Source of the DNA: Octopus sinensis
Taxonomy: Eukaryota
Length of the DNA stretch: 64,000 bases
Reading direction: 5' to 3'
Assembly: GCF_006345805.1 (NCBI RefSeq)
Contig: NC_042997.1
Coordinates: forward strand, 47,368,001 to 47,432,000
In this document: positions 38,344 to 52,171 of the stretch, one piece after another
Position numbering within the stretch: the stretch's first letter is position 1
Layout of the letters: the number at the start of each line of letters is the position of its first letter
The notes under the pieces: model-generated
The model's database searches: none
The model's input: the letters and a program-made list of their open reading frames with translations, nothing else
Told to the model about the DNA's origin: nothing
Made by a program: the position numbers and the translations under genes

Positions 38344-38620
38344 CAGGTCATCACTAATAGTAAACAACAAGAAATACGAAAATAAATGAGTTCAATATGC
38401 AAACAACGAGAGAAGCAAGTGGAAAACAGGACAAGTAACACAAAGAACAGCCCTTCATCACTTATAAGCTGTCTGTCTACTCGAATGCTCGAAATGAGGA
38501 GTAGATAGACAGCCGACCACTGATGAAATTACTTGTCCTGTGTTCTATTTGATTCTCTCGTTGTTTACATATTGATCTTATTTCTTTTCGTATTTCATGT
38601 TTACTGTTAGTGACGCCCTG
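38344..38620. mobile_element. Fold-back MITE (277 bp), Tc1/mariner-type, TA TSD
   Basis: ta|caggtcatcactaatagtaaac.. vs ..gtttactgttagtgacgccctg|ta; ~100-bp arms at roughly 80% identity; inner stem gctgtctgtctactc/gagtagatagacagc. Confidence 0.8.
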
Positions 38621-38622
38621 TA

Positions 38623-38704
<82 letters not shown>

Positions 38705-39632
38705 GCCGTCCTAAAAAAAACTTAAGCATTTAAGAGATCAAGTTCAATTGATTTTAAATATTTAATTTATAATCAAAAATAGTTGAAGTCACACTTGTAA
38801 CTTGCTTCGCTCATATCTTTCATTTATATTTCATTCTTTAGCTTTGAACTTTATCTTTTATGTAGTCTTCACATTTTATTGTAATTGAAACTATTTTTGT
38901 CTTTCTACTAAATTTTTTCCACGTGCATAGCATAATGTAGTAAGCAGCAGTGTTATTTTAGGCCCTATTCCTTAATTTCTAGCGATTAAAAGTTTCTAGA
39001 TCGCAAATATTTTTTGTCAAAACAAAAAAAATCATATTGTAGGTCGTATGTCGCGTACAGCACTTCGACAGCAACAACGAAATGAATAACAAAAGCATCT
39101 GCTTAGATCTGACCGTTGTGACCTTATATCTGCCAATCCTATCATTGCAAGCAATACACATTCTCTGGTAACCGATCCCTATTTACCTATCAAAATTCTT
39201 TGTCTGGCTTCCGCCGTCATCATCAGCAGCAACAGCATTATCATGATCGCCATCATCTACTGCTCCTACTGTGATGACTGCTAATAATATCTCCACCACC
39301 AAGATTAAAATCTACGCTGCCTTGATCCAACGCCACGTCTCCATTACCTTCAATCATCAGTCTACCTGCTCTCAGGCAACGTTTCCTCACAAAAAAAAAA
39401 AAAATCAGTCATCTTAGGAAGGGTAATATTTATTCCCACTTAATCGTAGATATTCTGTTGGAACAAACTGAACTGTTCTGGATACCATGAGAGGAATTCT
39501 TGTATTGTCATTTGGTGCACCCTTGTTTATAGTGCTAGTATATATGTTTTCATAGAAAAAGGTCCGCCTTACATAGAATAGAATTGATATAATTCTTATT
39601 CAGTGTAAGTCGAACTTTTTCTATGATAATAT

Positions 39633-40023
39633 TCTTTTATTCTTTTTCTTTTACTTGTTTCAGTCATTTGACTGTGACCATGCTGGAGCACCGCCTTTAG
39701 TCGAGCAAATCGACCCCGGGACTTATTCTTTTGTAAGCCCAGTACTTATTCTATCGGTCTCTTTTTGCCGAACCGCCAGGTGACGGGGACGTAAACACAC
39801 CAGCATCGGTTGTCAAGCAATGCTAGGGGGACAAACACAGACATACACATACATATATATATACATATATACGACAGGCTTCTTTCAGTTTCCGTCTACC
39901 AAATCCACTCACAAGGCATTGGTCGGCCCGAGGCTATAGCAGAAGACACTTGCCCAAGGTGCCGCGCAGTGGGACTGAACCCGGAACCATGTTGTTGGTA
40001 AGCAAGCTACTTACCACACAGCC
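39633..40023 (-). mobile_element. SINE family B, near full length
   Basis: Reverse complement of 43031-43429. Confidence 0.92.
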
Positions 40024-40173
40024 TTAATTTTCCTTGTATATCGACCTGCCTAACTTGCTTATCCTTACACTTACTCCTCTACCCGCTCAAGTAGAGGAGT
40101 AAACCTCCTGAGCATTACTAAGTGTATTCTATACTGAAAACATTCAATTCTCATCTATGACTTGTGTGTGTGT

Positions 40174-40207
<34 letters not shown>

Positions 40208-41049
40208 TGTGTGTGTGCGCGTGTAGGATGTGCGAGTTTGTGTGTTGATGGCCGATTCCGATGAGCTGTCGAATTTGAAATAAAAAAATGTAGAAAACGC
40301 TCATCACGTTTCAGACTAGGCGGTAGCTTCTTGCGAGCAAATTCTCCCAAAATTCTTACACACAGGATATATGTGTTACAGAACTTATTTTATTGTTCCT
40401 AACTTGCGCATTCTGTCATCAATCATCAACTAACTGCACTGTTTGTGTTTTGGCCTTCTTTAATTTTCTTCTAATGATGGTATACGTAAAATTTGCTGTC
40501 ATATTTTTCTTCTTCAGAGCTTTTTACAACATCCATATGCAGTATTTTGAGAAAATATGACTAAAGCAGTTGCAACGTTCCTTTCATTCTACTCTATGAA
40601 ATAAACGTACAATCTCTTATTTTAACATCCAGTCTCTATTTCTATTCATATCTATTTTCCATATTTCAATTCTTCCTCTTTTATTCTTCCATTTTTATTT
40701 ATTTATTTAGGAAATTTATTTACCCCTTTCTTCTCATTTTCCGTTTTCTTTTCCCTCAGCTAAATTTTTATTTTATTGATAATTCCATTAATAAATCTAA
40801 GCCATACCACAACACCACAATATTATACTATATGATAACTCTACGAAAACCACACCAAGATAATATACTAGAAGCGCTCATTTTCTCTTCTTAGAACAGC
40901 AAATATTTTATATTTATCCCGTTTCTTTTTGGGAAGTCGGATTATTTTCGCTTCATTCATAGCTTTTGACTTCTTGTAATCCCCTCGTTTTCTTCTAGAA
41001 CTATTAAAGTAATATTTCCTTTTCACACACTCTTCTATATACATATTTA

Positions 41050-41123
<74 letters not shown>

Positions 41124-41821
41124 GTGTGTGTGTGTGCATATCAATATATATATTTCTTTTATGTCGGTACAGACACAGACACACAATACATAATCATATA
41201 CATGCATGTACATATATATCTATATCTATATATATATATATTATATATGTGTGTGTGTGTGTGTTGTGTGTGTGTGTGTATACAAGACTCAACTCAACGA
41301 CCTCCAATAGTTATATTGGCAAAAATTCTTTGTATCTATTGTTTTCGTTATCTCCACTTCTTTCATGGCTGCCAGTGTGAGGCATAGTACAGAGAATTTA
41401 TGCATAAAACCTTACATCAAAGAAGAACTTTAGCTGATCTTTGTCTCTTTCTCTCTCTCTCTGTACGTCTCCGCAGTTTACCTGTTTATATATCACATTG
41501 ATTTGTCTTTCTTTCATTTTATTAGACACACGCACAACACACACACACATGCATGCTCACTCACACAGGCAAACACACACAGAGCACACCAAGTTCTCAC
41601 CCATATCTACACTCAACCAATCTGGTATTTTCGCGATTCTTTTTTTTTTATTTTTTATCTTAAGGCCTATTCCACTAGGAGGAAGAATTATTGTTACCAG
41701 TCGATATTGATTCTGCAGTAACAACAGTCAAAATACAAAGACTATAGATATGAACCAAAACGCAGGAGCTTACACGGTAAATACTATAATCAGTGTATCG
41801 CTCGTCTTTGTGGTTTTGTTG

Positions 41822-41861
<40 letters not shown>

Positions 41862-42097
41862 CATAAGGGAAAAAACCCCTTTAGGCTGCGATTTCAGAAA
41901 TAAATGCTAGTTAGAGGAGACGAACGAAATGTTTGCATTTGGTAATAACTCATAAAATCGTACCAATTCAATAATTTTTACTTTGGGCATTTCCGAGCCT
42001 GCTCGTGCACTTAAGTCCCTCACACACAAACGCATGCAGTCCCTCTTAAGAATGTAACGATTCAAACTATACCCGACTAACAAAGGATTATATGAAC

Positions 42098-42281
42098 TAG
42101 TGGGTGCTGAAAATTTCCTGGTTTTGTGAATTTATTCTATATATTCCCCTCTCGGATTCACATACTTATTGTAGAGGTCCGACAATTTTTTCTAAGCCTT
42201 GTAAAAGAACCCGGAAGTTTGGGCTTCCAACCAGGCCTTTCGCGATACTCTTAAAACCAGGAACTTTTCAGCACTCCCTCG
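42098..42281. mobile_element. Mariner-type MITE (~185 bp)
   Basis: TIRs gtgctgaaaatttcctggtttt / aaaaccaggaacttttcagcac; right end cactccctcg|ta. Confidence 0.75.
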
Positions 42282-42445
42282 TATTTATTTTATGTATTGC
42301 GTTTTCTAGGACAAGTTTGTAAAATTTCATGTTCTTTCTGTCTATTTATCCATATGTGTGTGTATGTGTATGAGTCTATATATGTATACGTACATACACA
42401 AATGTGTGTGTGTGTGTGTGTGTGAGTGTGTGTGTGTGTATGAGT

Positions 42446-42645
42446 GCGTATGGCTTAGTGGTTAGGATGTTACACTCACGATCTAGCGATCATCGTTTCA
42501 ACTGCGTTATGTTCTTGAGCAAAACACTTCATCTCACGTTGTCCTGCAATTATCTCGACACCTGTAGAATTGGTAGAGAGAGTGAGCTATTGTGCGGCAC
42601 GAACACTTGATCACTGTAAACAAATCATTTTTGCATGTTGTTCGG
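42446..42645 (+). mobile_element. SINE family E (CORE-like), diverged
   Basis: tggcttagtggttagg head; ttcttgagcaaaacacttcatctc shared with 45010-45237. Confidence 0.7.
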
Positions 42646-43030
42646 CGTATGTATGTATGTTTGTATGCATGTATGTATATATGTATGTATGCATGTATGT
42701 ATGTATGTATGTATGTATGTATGTATGTATGTATGTATGTATGTGTGTGTGTGTGCGTATGTGTGTGTTAGAATACAGATTCAAAGAATCAACCAGAGCT
42801 CACAGTAAGTCCCTTCTGCGCTCGCTTAGGATCTGAATGTTCCTTGAATGTCAATGGAGAAGAGTATGTAGAAAGACGTGACCCGATAGGAGGAATGAAG
42901 CAAGGGATTAGATATTTATTCCATTAGCTGACAGCTGTTTCATAATCTGTGTTAGTTGCATAACCGACGTTACATCATGTATCCTACATATAGATGAATT
43001 GACATTTATATATATTATATATATATATAT

Positions 43031-43429
43031 GGCGCAGGAGTGGCTGTGTGGTAAGTAGCTTGTCTACCAACCACATGGTTTCGGGTTCAGTCTCACTGCG
43101 TGGTACCTTGGGCAAGTGTCTTCTACTATAGCCTCGGGCCAACCAAACCTTGTGAGTGGATTTGGTAGACGGAAACTGAAAGAAGCTCGTCGTATATATG
43201 TATATATATATATATATGCATGTGTATGTTTGTGTGTCTGTCTTTGTCCCCCTAGCATTGCTTGACAACCGATGCTGGTGTGTTACTTAGCGGTTCGGCG
43301 AACGAGACCGATAGAATAAGTACTGGGCTTACAAAAGAATAAGTCCCGGGGTCGAGTTGTTCGATTAAAGGTGGTGCTCCAGCATGGCCGCAGTCAAATG
43401 ACTGAAACAAGTAAAAGAGTAAAAGAGTA
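43031..43429 (+). mobile_element. SINE family B, full length, internal (TA)/(TG) microsatellite, (GAGTAAAA)n tail
   Basis: A box tggctgtgtgg, B box gggttcagtctc, CORE-like ccttgggcaagt; (TA)n flanks. Confidence 0.92.
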
Positions 43430-43826
43430 TATATATATATATATATGAATATATATATACCCATGAATAAATTTGTGCTGTAACATAATGAACAGACTGC
43501 ACTTCAGAATATTTGACGGCAGGTTAAAACACTAGACTTAACTAAAGAAAATGCAAAAAGCTTCATTAGATATTCACAACCAATAAATGAAAGAGAAAGT
43601 GAGAAAGTGAGACAGTAGCTACATAAATCCAAAGAAAAGTTCATACATAGATACATACACACAGCGAATATTGGATGTCAATCTCACATTTCATTACTAC
43701 ACGAGGATAAAATTAACTCACAAACGGCTGAATACTCCACAGACATGCATAACATTAGCGTAGTTATCAGGGGGATTCAACCACACACAGGATATGACAA
43801 GGATATGAATTACAGCTACGGCTCAA

Positions 43827-43886
<60 letters not shown>

Positions 43887-44194
43887 ATATATATGAATGT
43901 ATTTTTGTGTGTGTATAGTTTAGATTAATTAAAACAGGTTTGCAATAAAAAGTGTCGCATTGATCGAAATAAACGTAATTACCAAATTTTTATTCACAAA
44001 TCCATTTATTATTTCGTTCTTTTACATCTCAATTTTACCTTAAGGTTCTTTGAATATGCACGATGTATTTTAAGGTTAAATAGTAATTCCATTCACGTTT
44101 GTGTAACTGAGATATTTGGTTGGATTATATAGTCATTGGTGTTACATTACATTCTATATTTTGTTACTCTCACAATATACTTTCCTAGACCTGA

Positions 44195-44333
44195 TTTTTT
44201 TGTGGGGAGGGGGCCAGTTGATTAGATGGACCCCAGTATACAACTGATACTTAATTTATCGACCCCGAAAGGACGAAAGGCAATGACGATCTCGGCAGAA
44301 TTTGAACTCAGAACGTAAAGAAAGACGGTAATG
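44195..44333 (-). mobile_element. SINE family A partial
   Basis: ttaatttatcgaccccgaaagg..atttgaactcagaacgta. Confidence 0.8.
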
Positions 44334-44420
44334 ATATACAAACATTTCTCATGGCACCAGTACATTGTTTATAGATACTTATATTTTTTGTTTTCCGTGA
44401 ATTTTCCACGGGTCCAGCCA

Positions 44421-44469
<49 letters not shown>

Positions 44470-44542
44470 GGACGCATGGCCTAGTGGTTAGAGTGTTAAA
44501 TTCATGATCACAAGATCGTGATCCAGTTCCTACACGGGGTGA
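44470..44542 (+). mobile_element. SINE family E head (interrupted by SINE B)
   Basis: gcatggcctagtggttagagtgtt..catgatcacaagatcgtg; body resumes at ~45010. Confidence 0.7.
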
Positions 44543-44748
44543 TACTCTTTACACTTTTACTTGTTTCAGTCATTTGATTGTGGCCATGCTGGAGCATCGC
44601 CCTTAGTCGAGCGAATCGACCCCAGAACATTCTTTGGAAACCTAGTACTTATTCTATCGGGTCTTTTGCCGAACCACTAAGTTACGGGGACGTAAACACA
44701 CTAGCATCGGTTGTCAAGCGATGTTGGTGGACAAACACAGACACGCAA

Positions 44749-44832
<84 letters not shown>

Positions 44833-45003
44833 CATATATACGACGAGCTTCTTTCAGTTTCCGTCTAACAAATCCACTCACAAGGCTTTGGTCGGCCTGA
44901 GGCTATAGTAGAAGACACTTGCCCAAGGTGCCACGCTGTGGGACTGAACCTAGAACCATGTGGTTCGTAAGCAAGCTACTTACCACACAGCCACTCCCAC
45001 GCC
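44543..45003 (-). mobile_element. SINE family B, full length, nested in family E
   Basis: Reverse complement of 43031-43429 with (CA)n-expanded middle. Confidence 0.9.
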
Positions 45004-45009
45004 TATTAT

Positions 45010-45237
45010 TGGTGCATTGTTTTCTTGAGCAAAACACTTCATCTCGCGTTGATCTGCTATCACTTCGATACCTGACGCGCTGAACGCCGTGCACCTGTTC
45101 AGGCAACGTCGACTTAGTGGAGGGAGTGAGCGAATGTACAGAACATACATATGATCACTAAAAGCAAATCATTTGTGCAAGTCGTTCTGCAAAAGGCTGA
45201 ACACTCATACGTCGTCTTCGACGGGAGCGTCCATCAT
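45010..45237 (+). mobile_element. SINE family E body
   Basis: ttcttgagcaaaacacttcatctc..gatcacta..aaatcatttgtgca shared with 42446-42645. Confidence 0.7.
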
Positions 45238-45387
45238 CATTATAATTATTTGTATTACAGCTATCATAATCAGCAATATATAATTGCGCATGCATAGCTA
45301 CAGCAGTTGATTGAAAGAATCGGTTCTGAGTTGGAGGAAATATTTGTCCTTTGTTCCGGATCCTTATATGTGAACGCTAGTGTCATG

Positions 45388-45713
45388 GCTCAGTGGATAG
45401 AGCGTCGAGCTTACGATCGTGAGGTTGTGAGCTCGAATCCCGGACGGGGCTGCGTGTTGTGTTCTTGAGCAAGGCACTTTATTTCACGTTGCTCCAGTTC
45501 ACTCAGCTGTAGAAATGAGTTGCGACGTCACAGGTGCCAAGCTGTATCGGCCCTTGCCTTTCCCTTGGACAACATCAGTGACGTGGAGAGGGGAGGCCGG
45601 TATGCATGGGCGACTGCTGGTCTTCCATAAAACAACCTTGCCCAGACTTGTGCCTCAGAGTGTATCTCTCTAGGTGCAAACCCATGGTCAGTGCCTGACC
45701 GAAGGGGGTCTTC
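45388..45713 (+). mobile_element. tRNA-derived CORE-SINE family D with 9-bp TSD
   Basis: B box gagctcgaatcc; ttgagcaaggcactt..cagttcactcagctgtagaaatgag resembles the MIR CORE domain; TSD agtgtcatg 45379-45387 and 45714-45722. Confidence 0.8.
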
Positions 45714-46567
45714 AGTGTCATGCGTTATCAGTTCTTGTTTTTATCATGGAAAATACTGATGGTGTGAATAGGGGATTTTTTTCAAAATAGCAAATTGCTT
45801 GCCTTCTGTGATAAAAAATAAAACTTTGACAAGCTTGCAACCTGGGTAAGAACATTCTAGGTGAAAATACTTTATTTGCCCTGTTCAAGTAAGACCTTAG
45901 TGCTTAAGGATTACTGCGTATACTTATTACTGTACTGATGGTTGCAGTTATTAAAAGAAGGTTACAAGCTTCGGCCAAGAATAAAGTTGCGATTATTTGT
46001 TAATCTTTTTATCCTACTTAACGCAGATGTATTGTAAGAATGCTGAAATTCAACGGTATTCGTCTTGAGAGACGGTCTCGTATAGATGTTTATACTTAGA
46101 AAAGCATAGAAAAATCAATAGTCGATAATTGCCCAGCGTCCATGGTAGAACACCTTAATCATATGATTTCGCCGTGTCTGTGTTTCCCCAGCTGCAAATA
46201 TCCATCCCCTATAAACTTATGTTTGCCAAACCTCGCTTCCACTGTTTTGAACAGATTTTGTAAAACAATTTGTGCTACCTACACATTATTGTTCTAAATG
46301 AACCTAAGTTAATACGAAGCAATTTTAGGTTTCAGTAAACAGATTATATTCAGTACAAGTTTTTCTAAAATTTTCTGCAAAATTCTAACAGAATGACCAA
46401 AGGGTAAATTGCACGTATTCTTTTGATGCATTTGAAATGCACTGAACAATAATTTTTATAAAACTTGTAAAATCAAATATAATGTTTCAAAATCCTAACA
46501 TTGGTCTGTCTCATTGTTTTGCCTAAATTGGTACACAAAGTAATGCCTAGTCTTTTAAAACTAACTA

Positions 46568-46800
46568 CAGTAATCTCTCGCCATATCGCAGTTCATCTAT
46601 CGCGGTTCACCTATCGCGATTTATTATGTAAGCTTACGTCGATTCCTCCGTGATGTTTTGCATTTATAATAAAATAAATACATGCGAATGATAAAAATAA
46701 TTTTTAAATGTATACAGTACTGTTTCTACTACGCGGATTTTTACCTATCACGGACGGAAGGTTTTGGAACGCAACACCCGCGATAGTCGAGGGATTACTG
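46568..46800. mobile_element. Tigger/pogo-type MITE (233 bp), TA TSD
   Basis: ta|cagtaatctctcgccatatcgc .. gcgatagtcgagggattactg|ta. Confidence 0.85.
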
Positions 46801-48904
46801 TAGTTGCAAACATCCTGTGAGTGTACACAAGCCCCTCTTTTTTTGCAAACCGCTTATTTTTCTTGTACTTTTGGCTTCCCATTACTTCCTACGCAACATT
46901 ACGTGCAAATATATGGAAATGGTTACTCTGTTGAACTCATTTCAGTAGATGTTCAACAAGAGATGTTCGAAGTAGACTTCACTGGTTTAAATCTCGCCAT
47001 TTTCGGAGGACCTCATTCACTTTCCTCTTTTGGCACTCCCTCCAGTTTGAACATTAACAAAATCTATGCGAATTACATCTATTGCTAGGTTGCAAGCTTA
47101 ATAAATTTTTATTATGCACCCCGTACGTTTGAAATTAATATAGTCCAACTAATATGGCATAATTACTAATTATCATTATTATTGACGTATCGGTTAGAAC
47201 ATATACATAAGCATGAACATCAATCGCATTAACAAATATTCCTGGCATCCACCAAACAGAAACACATAGCATATATTCTTTATAAAAGCAGTATCAAAAG
47301 CTTCTGTAACTTTTGAAGAGTTAACATTTCCACAGATACAGAAATTGTGCAAATTATATGTAAAAAGTTGGACTAATATTATTAAATCTAATTTTCAGAA
47401 AAGTTATAGCTTTTCAATAAATACAAAACGTATTGTTTCTTTGAAATAATTCTATGATTTCTATGTTTTATTTCAGAACGTTCTCTCAGACGACTTACTA
47501 ATAATACTCACTGAATATTTCTAAAGCGTAAATTATTCTGTCATATAAAAGGTTACATCCATTAATTTTATTAAGTCTATACGACTAAGTTTGTTTGTTA
47601 GAATATTGTTAAAGTTACATAAAATGAAAAAAATAACAAAAATTTTAATTTCAGTTTTTAGAAATTCTTTTAAGATACTTTCCATCTCTATCTCTTTATG
47701 TCTTTCTGTCTGTATGTATATATATAATGAAAGGTAGAGATAGTCTCTGATAGCTCTTTCTGGGATATCCCCGCTTTCGGAACATGCTGATTTTGCTGTC
47801 ACCGGTAAGAGATAGATGGATAGTAATAGGTTAAATATATGTAATAGTGGAATATTCGGCGCATCCAAATTCGTTTCAGTACGAGGGGCATAGCAAATCT
47901 AATTTTTTAGCTGACCATGTGCAATACTTTAAGAATATGAAGATATCTTATAGCGTATCCTGGTCCATCATAGACTCTGGCCCTCCGTACCAGAGCCAGC
48001 ATACTTCCTGTTGACTATGTCTAAAGGGATCCTTACACTTATTGTTGCATAACCTTGCATAGTTACTTAATAAGCAACACGAAGCATTCTTCATGTGTAA
48101 ACACAAATACTTTAGGTTATTGCAGTAAAAGGATCTTGTACCACAGCTGTACCTGTCGTTTCACGACTGTTGTCGCTCTGACAGCTGTTGTTATATTCGG
48201 AAATCTTCGACAGAATGGTTCTATCTGGCACTGTATGACCCTCAGCCGTACAGTGTTATTATCCTCAAAAGTTTGGATCGATATAACGGCCACTTGTTAT
48301 CACAGCATAATTACTATATCAGCACAGACACGACTATCAACACAGTGAATACGTCCTCTCGACCTTCCTCTACCGACCGGCTACTGGTTTATTTATAATG
48401 GCTGACTACTACCACTTTTTACCGGGTGGGGTGTACAATTTCACTATACAACAGTCCTTCAAGTTCTTCCACATATCTAAGTGTAAAAACAACACTTCGG
48501 ATTATCACTAACATCTAGCCTAGGTATAATACTTATCTGATACTGTCAGTTACATAACCCTTTACGGTTACTAAATAAATATACACCATGTAACCTTCTC
48601 CACGTTTATACACAGACTCTTTAGATCCTTCTAGTTGTCATTTTTTACGTTTACCCTGTATCAATTTTGTAATAATTTTTAAACTTAATTTGTAAACTTC
48701 TAATCCTAAACCTTTTGTTTGCTGGTGTGGCATCTCTTTCTAGCGTTGACACAGCCAAGATTGCCCTGAGTCCTTGCTCCACTTTAGTAAATTTGAGCAC
48801 CTACTATTTCTGACGTATCTTTTTTTACGACCACTTTATCATCTTCACAGCGCCTCCTATTGCTATCCAACCTGTAGGATTGGCAGCTGATTTATTTACC
48901 TAGA

Positions 48905-49090
48905 TGCAGGAGGAAAGAGTAAGAGAAAGTTGTGGTGAAAGAGTTAGCAGAAATTTGCCAATAACTTCTGCCGGAGCCGCGTGGAGCTTAGGTGTTTCGC
49001 CCATAAGCACACACATCGCCCGGTCTGAGATTCGAATCCGCGATCTCTCGACCGCGAGTCCACAGTTCTAACAACTAGGCCATGTGCCTC
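48905..49090 (-). mobile_element. SINE family C 5' half
   Basis: Reverse complement of 20089-~20270. Confidence 0.8.
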
Positions 49091-49898
49091 TACATCTAAA
49101 CATGTATGTATGTCAAATTATAATTAACACGTTCGCATACAGTTGGACATACAAGACATTCACCGCAGAAAGGGTATTGGGAGAAACATTTTTCTAATAG
49201 CCAAAATGTCTGCAAATACACCCCTAGCCTATGAAGGACTTGATCGGACTGTGTGGAGTATTCACTTTTGCGTCGTAACATTTCATTAGCTACAGACAGC
49301 ATAATCTTTGTTGATAACCAACTAAATTGTAACCGGCCTTGCATTTAAACAGCATATAAAACATTTGCTGCGTCGCACAAAACTTGATTAACCTAAAAAT
49401 AATTAACTGGAGATGCATGAAGTGAAGGTATGTACAACTATTCTTAATGTATTCATATACACACGGACATGGAAAGACTTTCCCAGCGGAAAGTGACACC
49501 GGAGATACATTCTCCTGGACGAAAATATTACGTACACCAGCAAATGTGGTATAATATAACATAATTGTACCAACAGGTTTCTATTATTTTTGTTTTGAGG
49601 GCCTCTGGTTAATTAATTACAGCTTGATCAATATTTGCACACGTCGTTGAAGATATATATTTTGCTATTTAAATATAAGAACAGCTAGTTCTTTGTGAGC
49701 TATGCCCGACAGTTTTTTTCCGTAGCTGATGAAGCGTGACGATGTAAAAATGCTTGCGTCCTCAGCTCTCATGATGTTGTTCATAGCCTGATGGAGTGCA
49801 ATGAAATTCCTCTCTCTACACTGTTTCCACAGCTGTCTTTTCACGTCCAAATTTACATGGCTGTGTTAAATATTATTATGCTTTGTGCACCTCTATTT

Positions 49899-49955
<57 letters not shown>

Positions 49956-50017
49956 ACACATATATATATGTATATATATATGTGTGTGTATATATATATA
50001 TACATTTATAATGTATG

Positions 50018-50048
<31 letters not shown>

Positions 50049-50327
50049 ATAGGTATGTCTTCATATATATAGTTACATAAGTGAAAAGTCAAGTTTAAAA
50101 CGGTTCGATTCCAATCGCACTTGTTAAGACCTATCTCTGCACTCTTTCGTGTGTGTAAATATATTCGTTTTTCTGTATGATCATTAATTCAATATAATAA
50201 ATGTTTATAATCATTTCTAAGGACACATTTGAAAGATATATTAATTTATCTTTGCTTTCTGTTGACATTAAAAACACTCGCGATTTCATAAAGTTATATA
50301 TATGTGTTATGTATGTGTATAAATACA

Positions 50328-50671
50328 TACTCTTTTACTCTTTACTCTTTTATTTGTTTCAGTCATTTGACTGCGGCCATGCTGGAGCACTGCTTTTAGT
50401 CGAGCAAATCGACCAGTACTTATTCTATCGGGCTCTTTTGCCGAACCGCTAAGTGACGGGGACGTAAACACACCAGCATCGGTTGTCAAGCAATGCTAGG
50501 GGGACAAACACATACACACACACACATATATACATATATATGTATATATATACATATATACGACAGGCTTCTTTCAGTTTCCGTCTACCAAATCCACTCA
50601 CAAGGCATTGGTCGGCCCGGGGCTATAGCAGAAGACACTTACCCAAGATGCCACGCAGGGGGACTGAACCA
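50328..50671 (-). mobile_element. SINE family B, 5'-truncated with small internal deletion
   Basis: Reverse complement of 43031-43429. Confidence 0.9.
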
Positions 50672-51264
50672 TTTAAGCTTACCATTTATTACTAACATCC
50701 AGAAAATAATATTATTTACAGCATTTTTTAGTTGGGCATCTTACATATGAATGGTATCTGTACTTCAGAAAATATATATACACCAGCTGCTATGTTCATT
50801 GTTGTGATATTTATTGGCTGGAATGTTTTGTCATTATTTATTGCTTTCCAAGGTGTTAATGTATATAATTCTCTCGGTGACTTTGATAATTCCATCTGGA
50901 TTACTTTTCTAACAAGTGACAGATTTTGCTTCACAGGAAACAAATACTTCTCTGATATCTTAAAGTTAAAGCTAGCCTGTACATTGTAATCAAAAGATTC
51001 TGACCACTGACCAACTGATATTTCTCTCTAATATTTACCTACTTGACACACACATATATACTTACATATACTGATATATATATAATACAAATATGTATAT
51101 AAATATATAATAGAATTAGAAATAGAATGACTATGGTAGAGTATTTCATATTTGAAAAAATGTTTAGGAATTGTTAACCTGATAAATCATCATGGATTTA
51201 TGATGGAAACGTTATCAAAAACTCCACTCGCATTCATTTCTTCAAATATAAGTATATACAAATA

Positions 51265-52170
51265 GTGGCTGTTCACTTGTGACCAGGAAAATAACCACTG
51301 ATAATAAAGAACAGTATGCACACAGAAAAGGTCATACTTTACACTTGAGGCTCCGATGGTGTTTAGTGTGCCCACCTCTTGATAAACATCCATGGCCCCC
51401 AGATATTGCAGGCATACTCCGCGCGCTCCCTTCCCACTCACTGCACTGGAGATGCGTTATCTAGCAGCTCGTTTAAATTCTATATGGAAAATGAGTGTTT
51501 TTTGAAAATATCCACTTCTTTCTTCCACTGGTGGCGATGACAAGCATTGCCGTCCCAACTGACGTCCCATATTTCCCTCAGACTTTATTGAGTCCTTAAA
51601 TCGTAGTCTAGGGACGCTTTACACAAACAAATTTGCTCTATAGTATCTGCTTAGGACTTCTCTGAACATTCATCTGAAGAAGGTGTTCAGACCAACGTAA
51701 ATAGTATCTGTTCACCATTGCTTCATTGCTCAAGATAACCTCAAGATCCCTATGTGTGGAATCTGAAAGGACCAGACAACATTTAAAATGTGTCTCAATC
51801 ATCTCTGATGGAATTAGTCAAAGACACTTACATGATACTATAAAGGCTTCATATTCCCACATAAGTAAAGGAGCGACGTCTGCACGCAGGCAACGCAGCA
51901 ACTTTTGTTTCATGTGATGCTATACCGGAACTAGACAGGAGACTCAAGATCCCTGAAGGATTTTTAAAGATATTTTATCATTGTAGGAGTAAGGGTGGCT
52001 GAGTGTGCTACTCAGATGAACAAACTTGTCTACAACTTTCACTACTGTTCCATCAACAAAATAGATGGTTTCAGGTATGAGTTTTCTATCGCAGGCTAGA
52101 CCATTACAACAGTTTTGTCTAGGTTAATGCTGAGTTCAAAAGCTTTGCAAGTTGCAAGAATATGATCCGC
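51265..52170 (-). mobile_element. RTE-clade LINE 3' portion (post-RT region and C-terminal zinc-finger-like motif), decayed
   Basis: TCKAFELSINLDKTVVM..VVDKFVHL..LRHILNVVW..YLRWSEHLLQMN..PKQIL..RPRLRFKDSIK..CNI(C)GHGCLSRGGHTKHHRS with stops/frameshifts. Confidence 0.85.
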
Positions 52171-52171
52171 G

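Noticed and set aside
50732-50989. 85-aa ORF with a hydrophobic segment
   Set aside because: Non-ATG start, no recognisable family motif.
51672-51700. ctgaagaaggtgttcagaccaacgt hammerhead-like string
   Set aside because: No GAAA box, and it is the antisense of RTE coding sequence.
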